Source: an uncultured Chloroflexia bacterium (GTDB taxonomy: Bacteria > Chloroflexota > Limnocylindria > Limnocylindrales > CSP1-4). From it: a DNA stretch of 64,000 nt. Positions 50,742-59,038 of this stretch are shown in pieces. Under the pieces are notes generated by a model, which saw only the letters and a program-made list of their open reading frames with translations, was not told the DNA's origin and searched no databases. The position numbers and the translations under genes are program-made. The stretch spans positions 896,001 to 960,000 of the forward strand of contig CAWEZH010000002.1 in assembly GCA_963813535.1 (NCBI GenBank). The letters run 5' to 3'. The stretch's first letter is position 1; each line of letters starts with the position of its first letter.

Positions 50742-51535
50742 TCGAGCGTCTCCTTGCTGGTCTCGATGGTCTGGGACGGGATGAACTTCGCCTTGAGCGC
50801 CTCGACGTCGATGCCCGACCGCGAGACATCGAGCACCATCAGGCCGATCCACGTGAGATAGCCGACCGCGATCCCGATCCCCGCGCCGACTTGCGGTCCG
50901 GCGTCCAGCGCCGAGATGGCCCCGATGACGACACCGATAACGAGACCCGCGACGGCGGCCCCGCCTCCGGCACCGCGGAACGCGGCGATCAGCCCGAGCA
51001 GCAGCCCGAGACCGCCGAGGATGAGCACGCCGACGAGCAGTGGTCGGACGCCGGGCTCGATGCCCGGGAGGGCGGACTCGCCGATCGACGTGTACGCCTG
51101 GTTCGGCAGGCCGAGCGCCATCAATATGCCGACCACGATGCCCACGATCAGCGCGACCGCGAAGGCCCCGACGACGCGGCCACCGCTCACCCCGACCGCG
51201 AGGAGCACGGATGCCACCGCGATCGCGATGAACAGCAGGACGCCGTGGAGGACGCCCCAGCCAAGCGATCCGAGGATCCACTCGCCGAGGAACAGCGATG
51301 TGCCGACGACGGCCAGGATGAGCGCGAACAGGACGAGCGCGATGGCGATCCCGATGAAGGCCGCGACCTTCGCGACCTCGCCGGCGATCGCCGCCGCTTC
51401 GGCCCTGGCGAGATCGATGTGCGCCTTGACCAGCAGCAGGCCCGAATCGCGGACCGCGCGGATCGACGTGCGCAGGCCGGGAGGCGGCGCGGGGCGGGGT
51501 GGCGGTACCGAGCGGGGAGGTGGTTGGGCGTCCAG
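50702..51535 (-). CDS. Phage-holin-family-like (DUF1469-type) multi-TM membrane protein; inferred CTG start
   Basis: Frame is open well upstream of the track start (LLVKAHIDLARAE plus more TMs); ends PSQTIETSKETLEWL; GGAG 7 nt before CTG 51535. Confidence 0.75.
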   Translation of the reverse strand: MDAQPPPRSVPPPRPAPPPGLRTSIRAVRDSGLLLVKAHIDLARAEAAAIAGEVAKVAAFIGIAIALVLFALILAVVGTSLFLGEWILGSLGWGVLHGVLLFIAIAVASVLLAVGVSGGRVVGAFAVALIVGIVVGILMALGLPNQAYTSIGESALPGIEPGVRPLLVGVLILGGLGLLLGLIAAFRGAGGGAAVAGLVIGVVIGAISALDAGPQVGAGIGIAVGYLTWIGLMVLDVSRSGIDVEALKAKFIPSQTIETSKETLEWLQSKMPPGNSS

Positions 51536-51667
51536 GGTGCTGCTCCAGCTCGAGGGTCGGGGCGGTCACGCGCGAGACCGGCTCGGGTCCGGAATGATAC
51601 CAGCGCACACCTCGCGCCCTGACGCGGTCATGCGCGCGCGGGCTCACGGGACCGTTACGCTGCGGTC

Positions 51668-52897
51668 ATGCCGCCGACACCCGAGCGCCGTCATCTCCGC
51701 ACGGCCGAGCTCCTCAGCATCGGATCGGAGCTGACCGTCGGCGAGACCCGCGACACCAATGCCGGCGAGCTGGCACGAGGGCTCACCCTCGAGGGCGTGA
51801 CCGTCGGCAGGATCGTCGCCCTCCCCGACAGACTCGACATCGTGACCGACGCCTTCACGACCGCCTTCCGGCGGGCAGATCTCGTACTCAGCACGGGCGG
51901 GCTCGGCCCGACACCCGACGATCTCACCCGCGAGTCGATCGCCGCCGCGCTGGGCGAGACGCCGGAGGTCGATCCGAACCTCGAAGCCTGGCTGCGCGGC
52001 CGCTGGGAACGGCGCGGTCTGCCGTTCCCCGAGATCAACCTCAAGCAGGCCTGGCGCATCCCATCGAGTGAGCCGCTCCCGAACCCGAACGGGAGCGCCC
52101 CAGGCTGGTTCGTCAGCCGCCCCGACGGCGGCGTTGCGATCGCGCTGCCGGGGCCGCCGCGCGAGATGCGGCCGATGTGGTCGAACGAAGCGATGCCCCG
52201 TCTGCGAGAACGCGGCCTCGGCACCGACATGTCGGTCCGCACGTTCCGATTGACCGGTATCGGCGAGTCGAGCGTGGCCGAGATCCTGGGTGAGGAGATG
52301 TTGCGCCGCTCCGACCCGGAGGTGGCGACCTACGCCCGGCTCGAGGCCGTCGACGTTCGGGTGAGTGCCAGCGGGACGGACGCGGCCGGCACCACCGCAG
52401 ACGACCGCGTCGAGGGAGCCGCCTCGATCGTCCGGGAACGCCTCGGCGACCACATCTGGGCGGAGGGCGAGACGACCTGGTCGGACGCGGTCGGCGAGCG
52501 CCTGACCGGACTCGGATGGCGGCTGGCGGTCGAGGAGATCGGGACCGGTGGCCAGCTCGTCGCCCTCTTCGGCGACGTCCCATGGCTCGGCCTCGTGCGC
52601 ACGCGACCTGGAGCCGACCGGCCGCCCGATAGCGGTCAGCCGCCCGACGACGACGAGGACGCGGGCGGACTCATCTCTCGTGCGGCGATCGTTCGCGACG
52701 AGGCCGGCGTCGACGTCGGTCTGGCCGTTCGTGTCCGCCCGCGGGGATCCGAGTACGCGGTGAGCGTCGCCATCGTGACCCCCACCGCGGAGCGCCGGCA
52801 GACGCGTGCCACCTACATCGGCGGGGCGATGGGTCTGAGCCAGGCAGCGCTGATCGCCGCCTCGACGCTCTTCCAGGCGCTGGGCGACCGACCCTAG
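51668..52897 (+). CDS. cinA: CinA-like protein (COG1058 N-domain + degenerate PncC domain)
   Basis: SIGSEL..DTNA, TGGLGPTPDDLTRE, NPNGSAPG, LPGPPREM. Confidence 0.85.
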   Translation: MPPTPERRHLRTAELLSIGSELTVGETRDTNAGELARGLTLEGVTVGRIVALPDRLDIVTDAFTTAFRRADLVLSTGGLGPTPDDLTRESIAAALGETPEVDPNLEAWLRGRWERRGLPFPEINLKQAWRIPSSEPLPNPNGSAPGWFVSRPDGGVAIALPGPPREMRPMWSNEAMPRLRERGLGTDMSVRTFRLTGIGESSVAEILGEEMLRRSDPEVATYARLEAVDVRVSASGTDAAGTTADDRVEGAASIVRERLGDHIWAEGETTWSDAVGERLTGLGWRLAVEEIGTGGQLVALFGDVPWLGLVRTRPGADRPPDSGQPPDDDEDAGGLISRAAIVRDEAGVDVGLAVRVRPRGSEYAVSVAIVTPTAERRQTRATYIGGAMGLSQAALIAASTLFQALGDRP

Positions 52898-53592
52898 CGG
52901 CGCGACGCCGCCGTTAGGCCGTCGATGTCGGTCACCACGATGCCCTCGCGCCCGAGGCGGATGAGGCCATCGTCAGTGAACTGGCCCAGGAGCTTGTTCA
53001 CGCTCTGCCGGGTGCAGCCGACCATCGCGGCCAGGTCGCCCTGGGTCAGGTTCTTGCGGAGTCGGATGCCCCCGTCCGGCTGGACCGTCCCGCCATCGTG
53101 CGCGAGCCGAACGAGTCGGGCCGCAAGCCGGCCGGTGATGTCGAGGAAATGCAGCTCCTCGACATGCGTCGTCAGACGCCGCAGCTCCCCGGCGATCGAC
53201 GCGAGCAGGGCGTCGCGAACACCGGTCTCCGTGGCGATCAGCTCGCGGAAGCGGTCGCGTGGCAGGACGACGGTCTCGGTCGGGGTGACGGCCGTCGCAC
53301 TCGCCGACCGCGGGGCCCCGTCGAGCAGGGCGAGCTCGCCGAAGACGTCGCCGGCGCGCAGGGTCGCCAGGATGGCTTCCTCGCCGGTCTCGGATGGCAA
53401 CGAGATCTTCACGTCGCCGGAGACGATCACGAAGAGCGCGTCACCCGGATCGCCGACATGGAAGATGACCTCGCCGCGTCGGAACCGGCGCGCCCGGACG
53501 GTGCCCGCGAGCCGTTCCAGGGCGGCCTGATCCAAACCCGCGAAGAACGGGATCGCCGCCAAGGCATCGAGGACGGGTCGGCCGACCAGCAT
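52894..53592 (-). CDS. Crp/Fnr family transcriptional regulator
   Basis: FGELALLDGAPRSASA cNMP pocket; LTQGDLAAMVGCTRQSVNK HTH. Confidence 0.93.
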   Translation of the reverse strand: MLVGRPVLDALAAIPFFAGLDQAALERLAGTVRARRFRRGEVIFHVGDPGDALFVIVSGDVKISLPSETGEEAILATLRAGDVFGELALLDGAPRSASATAVTPTETVVLPRDRFRELIATETGVRDALLASIAGELRRLTTHVEELHFLDITGRLAARLVRLAHDGGTVQPDGGIRLRKNLTQGDLAAMVGCTRQSVNKLLGQFTDDGLIRLGREGIVVTDIDGLTAASRR

Positions 53593-53662
53593 GCGGGCGA
53601 TGGTAACCGTGTCGAAATGCCGACACATCACGTCCGATCCGCGCCGATAGCATGCGTGGGAC

Positions 53663-54496
53663 ATGACCGAACCGCTGGGCGCGCGCCTCCGATTGACCGT
53701 GCTCGGTTGCAGCACGGCCGCTCCGCATCCCGCCACGCCGACGGCCGGGTTCCTGGTCGAGTGGGGCTCGACGGCGGTGCTGCTGGACTGCGGCCAGGGC
53801 GTGATCCGGAACCTGCAGAAGGTGCTCGAACCGCACGATCTGTCTGCGATCGTGATCGGCCATATGCATGCCGACCACTACCTGGACATCGTCGGCCTCC
53901 GCTACCTCTACCCGTGGGGCGAGCGTGCGCCCGACCCGCTGCCGATCCACCTGCCGCCGGGCGGGCGCGCACGACTGGATGCGCTCGCGACCGCGGTGAG
54001 CGAGCGAGCCGGCTTCTTCGACGCGGCGTTCGACGCGATCGAGTACGACCCCGACAGCACCATCGACGTCGGTGAGCTGCGGCTGCGCTTCGTCCGTGGC
54101 CGCCACTACGTCCCGGCATGGGGCGTGGTCATCGATGCGCCCGACGGGTCCCGACTGGCGTACACGGGCGACACGGGGCCGTCCGCCTCGGTCGAGGAGC
54201 GCGTGCGCGATGCCGACCTGCTGCTCGTCGAGAGTGCGCTCGGGCTGGCGGCCCACGACGATGCGGAACGCGGCCATCTCACGCCGGAGGAGGCCATCGA
54301 GCTCGCCCGGAGAGCGAATGCTCGCAGGGCGATCCTGGTCCACTACGGACCGGCCCGAAAGGCGGAAATGGATGCGATGTGCGCTGCCGCCGGTCCGTGG
54401 GTCCGCACAGCCGTGGACGGGCTGACCGTGACCGTCCGGCCGTCGTCGGCCCCGCGGATCGCGGCCCAGCCGAACTCGAACCGGGCCTCGGCCTAG
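53663..54496 (+). CDS. MBL-fold metallohydrolase (RNase Z-like / class II-type cNMP phosphodiesterase candidate)
   Basis: LLDCGQG, HMHADH, YTGDT, GHLT, LVH. Confidence 0.85.
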   Translation: MTEPLGARLRLTVLGCSTAAPHPATPTAGFLVEWGSTAVLLDCGQGVIRNLQKVLEPHDLSAIVIGHMHADHYLDIVGLRYLYPWGERAPDPLPIHLPPGGRARLDALATAVSERAGFFDAAFDAIEYDPDSTIDVGELRLRFVRGRHYVPAWGVVIDAPDGSRLAYTGDTGPSASVEERVRDADLLLVESALGLAAHDDAERGHLTPEEAIELARRANARRAILVHYGPARKAEMDAMCAAAGPWVRTAVDGLTVTVRPSSAPRIAAQPNSNRASA

Positions 54497-56664
54497 GGCG
54501 CTCCCCCGCCAGGGACCGCACCCGCCGTCGCGGTCTCCCGAAGCGCAGCCAATGTCGCCGACGCCGCATCCGCGTGCGTACGGTCGACGGCCGCACCCTC
54601 GGGATCATCGGCCTCCGCAAGTTCGGCGGCCTGGCGCCAGAACGCTGCCGCCTCGGCGACCGCACCGAGCGCGATGGCGCTCTCGGCCGCTTCTCGGAGC
54701 AGCGGGACGGCACGGGAGGCATCGCCGGCCGCGACCCGATGCGCCGCGATCTGACCGGGACTGCCGGCGGGTAGGGTCTGCTCCAGCCGATCGGCGAGCA
54801 GCCCATGGAGGACGCGTCGGCGACTGGCGAGGAGGCCGGCGTACGCGGCGTCATGGATCAACGTGTGGGCGAATCGCCAGCGTTCATCGTCCTGTGGCAG
54901 CACCAGCGCACTACCCGCGAGCTGGTCGAAGACCTCCGGCTCGAGCGGGCGATCGAGCAGATCCTCGACCGTCGCCGGCCGGAACGAGATGCCGATGACC
55001 GACGCCACGCCGAGCACCTCCCGGGCGCCCGGCGGGAGGGCATCGATACGCGCGCCGAGCACCGCACGCAACGTGATGGGCACGCGAGTCCCGCCCGTGC
55101 CCGTCATCGCCACCAGCCCATCGCGCCACTGGAGCGTCCCGTCCTCGAGGAACGCCCGCACGGTCTCCCCGACGAACAGCGGGTTCCCGCCGGTCCGCTC
55201 GTGGATGCTTCGGGCCCCGTGGGCGTCCAGGGCTGCCCGCGCGACGATCGTCGCCAGCTTGCCGGTGTCCGGTTCGTCGAGACCCGCGAGCGTGAGGCGG
55301 GTCGCCTCGGGGCGCGACGCCCACTCCGGCAGCGATCCGGGCCGAGCCGCCGCCAGCACGACGACCGGGTGGCTCCGTGTCCGGCCGACCACGAGGTCGA
55401 CCATGCCGATACTCGACGGGTCCAGCCACTGCAGGTCGTCGATGACGATCACGCGGGGCCCACTCATCTCGAGCAGCCGATCGAGATACTGGGCCGCGAC
55501 CTCCATCAGGGCGGCACCGACCTCCGCCGGGTCGCTCGGCATGTCGGCCGCCTCGGCCTCCCAACCGGTGAACGAGGCGTCCCTGGCGATCGCCGCGATG
55601 GCACCGCCGAACCGGCGGCGGTTCTCGGGGGACAGGTCGTCGGTGAAGAGGAAGCGTCGGACCAACGTTCCCGAGTCGACCCCATGCTCGTCGGCGACGA
55701 CCTGGGCGAACCGACGCGCCCAGCGGTACGGCTCGCCACGGGCATACGACACGTTCTCCGTCCACGACCAGGCGAATCCTGCGGTCCGTGCAGATGCCTC
55801 CACAGCGGCGAGCAGCCGGGACTTGCCGACGCCGGCCTCGCCCTCGATGACGACCACACCGCCACGGCCGGTCCGGCGCGCGGCGTCCAGCGTCCTGCCG
55901 ATGACGCCGAGCTCTCCCGTACGGCCGACCAGCGGGCCACGGCTGCCAGCCTGGTACGGGATCCACGGACCCTCACCGGCCTCGCCGCGCAGGCCGTGGA
56001 GCTCGACCGCCGTCGACTGGCCGCGGAGGACGACGGCCCCGCGCGGGTCGGTCGCGAGGCGTCCACGCGAGGCGCGCATGGTCGCGTCGTCGAGAAGGAT
56101 CTCGCCCGGCCTGGCCATCGACTGGATCCGCGCCGCCGTCGTGATGGCCACGCCGGTCAACCGCAGGTCGGCATCCGGGGCGACGCTCGCCGACCCAGCC
56201 ACGACCTCGCCCGTTGCGATCCCGATCCGGACGTCGAGTGGCTCGGCACCGGCCGCAGCTTCGTGGAGTCCGGCTCGGATGGCGAGGGCGGCCAGCGCCG
56301 CGCGAACGGCGTCGTCGTCATGCGCTCGGGGCCAGCCGAACACGGCGAAGACAGCGTCACCGATGAACTTCTCGCGCGTCCCGTCGAACCGCTCGATCGC
56401 CGCGGCCATCGTGGCCAGGGCCTCGGTCACGCGGGCGCGGACATCCTCCGGGTCGTGCTCTGCGAGCATGCGGACGTAGTCGACCAGGTCGGCGAACAGT
56501 GCGGTGACGACACGTCGATCACCACTTGCACCGGCCTCGGTGAGCTGCCGCCCGTCTGGCGCAGGTTCGACGGCATCGGCCTGTGGACCGTCGAGCGCGG
56601 CACCGCAACGGTCGCAGAACCGCGCGTCCTGTGCCGCGACCGCCTCGCACGACGGACACCGCAC
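54493..56664 (-). CDS. Zinc ribbon + class III adenylate/guanylate cyclase + AAA (STAND-type) ATPase
   Basis: CPSC..FCDRCG; FADLV, EKFIGDAV, RIGIATGEV; GEAGVGKSRL, IDDLQW, TGGNPLFV. Confidence 0.88.
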   Translation of the reverse strand: MRCPSCEAVAAQDARFCDRCGAALDGPQADAVEPAPDGRQLTEAGASGDRRVVTALFADLVDYVRMLAEHDPEDVRARVTEALATMAAAIERFDGTREKFIGDAVFAVFGWPRAHDDDAVRAALAALAIRAGLHEAAAGAEPLDVRIGIATGEVVAGSASVAPDADLRLTGVAITTAARIQSMARPGEILLDDATMRASRGRLATDPRGAVVLRGQSTAVELHGLRGEAGEGPWIPYQAGSRGPLVGRTGELGVIGRTLDAARRTGRGGVVVIEGEAGVGKSRLLAAVEASARTAGFAWSWTENVSYARGEPYRWARRFAQVVADEHGVDSGTLVRRFLFTDDLSPENRRRFGGAIAAIARDASFTGWEAEAADMPSDPAEVGAALMEVAAQYLDRLLEMSGPRVIVIDDLQWLDPSSIGMVDLVVGRTRSHPVVVLAAARPGSLPEWASRPEATRLTLAGLDEPDTGKLATIVARAALDAHGARSIHERTGGNPLFVGETVRAFLEDGTLQWRDGLVAMTGTGGTRVPITLRAVLGARIDALPPGAREVLGVASVIGISFRPATVEDLLDRPLEPEVFDQLAGSALVLPQDDERWRFAHTLIHDAAYAGLLASRRRVLHGLLADRLEQTLPAGSPGQIAAHRVAAGDASRAVPLLREAAESAIALGAVAEAAAFWRQAAELAEADDPEGAAVDRTHADAASATLAALRETATAGAVPGGGAP

Positions 56665-56677
56665 GTCGTGCGCGACC

Positions 56678-57757
56678 TCAGGAGATGGTCAGCAGCGGTC
56701 GCGATTCGGCCGCTGCAGCGCGGACGCTCATCCTGGCCGCGACCGTCTGCGCCACCGCGGTCAAGGCACGCGCGGCCGGTCCCGGCTCGCGCTGGGCGAC
56801 CGCCGGCACGCCGACGTCGCCGCCCTGACGGACGGTGATATCGAGCGGCACGCCGCCGAGGTACTCGAGGCCGTGCTGGGCCGCGAATCGCTCGCCGCCG
56901 CCGCGTCCGAAGATCTCGGTCATCTCCCCGCAATGCGGGCACGCGAATGCGGTCATGTTCTCGACGAGGCCGAGGACCGGGACGTTCATCCGCTGGAACA
57001 TCGCCAGGGCCTTGCCCACGTCGCTCAGGCTGACCTCCTGCGGGGTCGTCACGAGCACCGCGCCGGAGATCGGCACGGCCTGGGCGAGGGTCAGCTGGGC
57101 GTCCGACGTGCCCGGCGGCAGGTCGATGACGAGGTAGTCGAGCTCGCCCCAATCGACGTCTCGCAGGAACTGCTGGATCGCGCCCCCGACGAGCGGTCCG
57201 CGCCAGACGATCGGCTGCCCCTCGGGCACGAAGAACTGGATCGAGATGGTCTTGACGCCGTGGCGCTCGAGCGGGGTGATCTTGTTGTTCGCGCTGGCCT
57301 TCGGCTGGCCTTCCACGCCGAGCATCTGCGGGATATTCGGGCCGGTGATGTCCGCGTCGAGCAGGCCTACCGTCGCGCCGGCCTGTGCCAGCGCGACCGC
57401 CAGGTTGACGCTGACCGTCGACTTGCCGACCCCGCCCTTGCCGGACGCGACCGCGACGATGTTCTTGACGCCCGGGACCAGCTGCTCGGCCTGGCGGGGC
57501 TGGGCGCGGCGGACCATCGCTCCCCAGGTGATGTCCACATCGGTCGCGCCGAGATCGGTCAGCACCATCCGGGCGTTGGATTCGATCTCATCCTTGAGCG
57601 GGCACGCCGGCGTCGTGAGCTCGATCGTGAACGCGACGCGTGTCTCCTCGATCGCGATGGACTTGACCATCTCGAGCGTGACGATGTCCCGTCCGAGCTC
57701 AGGCTCCTGCACGTTGCGCAGTGCATCGAGCACGGCGCCTTCGGTGATCACGGTCAT
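56678..57757 (-). CDS. mrp: Mrp/NBP35 Fe-S cluster carrier ATPase (ApbC)
   Basis: LTTPACP, SGKGGVGKST, DLPPGTSD, ENM..CPHC. Confidence 0.95.
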   Translation of the reverse strand: MTVITEGAVLDALRNVQEPELGRDIVTLEMVKSIAIEETRVAFTIELTTPACPLKDEIESNARMVLTDLGATDVDITWGAMVRRAQPRQAEQLVPGVKNIVAVASGKGGVGKSTVSVNLAVALAQAGATVGLLDADITGPNIPQMLGVEGQPKASANNKITPLERHGVKTISIQFFVPEGQPIVWRGPLVGGAIQQFLRDVDWGELDYLVIDLPPGTSDAQLTLAQAVPISGAVLVTTPQEVSLSDVGKALAMFQRMNVPVLGLVENMTAFACPHCGEMTEIFGRGGGERFAAQHGLEYLGGVPLDITVRQGGDVGVPAVAQREPGPAARALTAVAQTVAARMSVRAAAAESRPLLTIS

Positions 57758-57850
57758 GCGACGGGTGGGCCCTCGTTCTGTCACGGGAAGTGTCGGAATA
57801 CATCGTACCTCCCTTCGCGAGAGAGCCCGCCCACCGGGATCGCGACCGGT

Positions 57851-58837
57851 CTACACGCGAACGAACTTCTGGACGCCGCGACTTCCGCGGTCGAGGCCGA
57901 TCCACGACTCCGCCGCGTCAGCCACGTAGAAGCTGCCCTCCGAATCCACGCCGATGCCATGGGGCGCGCAGAACATCCCCGGACCGGGCTCGTTCATGAC
58001 CCGCCCGCGCACCATCGGGTCACGTGACGGCGCCGACGCGAGAGCGAGCGGGACACCGCCGGTCTTGAAGTCGTCCACGACCACGCCGTCACCCCAGCGC
58101 GCGAGGACCGTGCCGTCTCGATCGAGCACGGTCACCCGGTGCGACAGCTCGGCGACGTAGAACGTGCCGTCGGGGGCCTTGCGGACGCTCTGCGGCAGAC
58201 GCAGGCCCGTCCATTCACCGAGGAACTCGCCAGCCAGGTCGAAGTATTGGACGCGGTTGTTGTAGCGATCCGCGGCGTACAGGCGCTCGTCGGCCGGGTC
58301 GATGAACACGCTATGGACGGTATTGAACTCGCCCGGACCGTGACCCGACGAGCCCCATGAGAACTTGTGCTCCCCATCCGCGCTGAAGCAGTGGATGCGC
58401 GCGTTGCCGTAGCCGTCGCTGACGTAGATGTCGCCGTTCGGGGCGGCCGTGGCGTGCGTCGGGCGGTTGAACGGCTTGCCACTGAAGGCCGGGGCGTTCT
58501 GGTGGGGACTCCCTAGCGTCAGGACGTGCTTGCCGTCCTTGGTGAACTTGCGGATCGAGTGGTCGCGGCTGTCGGCGGTATACACGAAGCCGTCGGGCGC
58601 GACGCTCAGGCCATGCGGGAACGTGAAGTAGTGCTCCCCGCCCATCTCGCCCCAGGCGTCCAGGAATCGACCGTCCTTGTCGAAGATCATCACCGGGTGG
58701 CTGCCCCGGTTGAAGACGTAGACGTTGTCGTCGGGATCGATGCCGACGTCGGCCACTTCGACGAACGTCCAACCCTTCGGACGCCTGAAGAATCCGTCGA
58801 CGACCTCGTACCGATCGCGACCGATCTCACCCTCCAT
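57851..58837 (-). CDS. NHL-repeat beta-propeller (PAL-like) protein
   Basis: FTFPHGL, FNRPT, YVSDGYGNARIH, GPGEFN..H, ADRYNNRVQ; GAGGAGG RBS. Confidence 0.88.
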   Translation of the reverse strand: MEGEIGRDRYEVVDGFFRRPKGWTFVEVADVGIDPDDNVYVFNRGSHPVMIFDKDGRFLDAWGEMGGEHYFTFPHGLSVAPDGFVYTADSRDHSIRKFTKDGKHVLTLGSPHQNAPAFSGKPFNRPTHATAAPNGDIYVSDGYGNARIHCFSADGEHKFSWGSSGHGPGEFNTVHSVFIDPADERLYAADRYNNRVQYFDLAGEFLGEWTGLRLPQSVRKAPDGTFYVAELSHRVTVLDRDGTVLARWGDGVVVDDFKTGGVPLALASAPSRDPMVRGRVMNEPGPGMFCAPHGIGVDSEGSFYVADAAESWIGLDRGSRGVQKFVRV

Positions 58838-58973
58838 GACTACCTCCTCGAAAGCGCCCTGCGCGGATGTTCATCCCACCCATACACTCCCCAAGTACGC
58901 CTGACCATCACTAAGCGTTAGCGACACGGTGCGCGGTCGCAACGGGACTATCGGTGGGTTAACGCCCGGACCA

Positions 58974-58998
58974 TTGACAGCGTTCGAGCGGTACCGCT
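58974..58998 (+). promoter_or_regulatory. -35 TTGACA with adjacent 12-bp palindrome agcggtaccgct (putative operator)
   Basis: Perfect palindrome at 58987-58998 in the divergent intergenic region. Confidence 0.45.
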
Positions 58999-59038
58999 GT
59001 ATACGGAGTATTCCGTCGGATCTAGGGGGGACCTCGAC

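Noticed and set aside
50702-51535. Holin-like gene as evidence of a prophage
   Set aside because: This family is commonly chromosomal and no phage genes are nearby
50742-51647. N-terminal 300 aa of the 528-aa track ORF
   Set aside because: Alternate frame over the holin-like gene; the real start with RBS is at 50741
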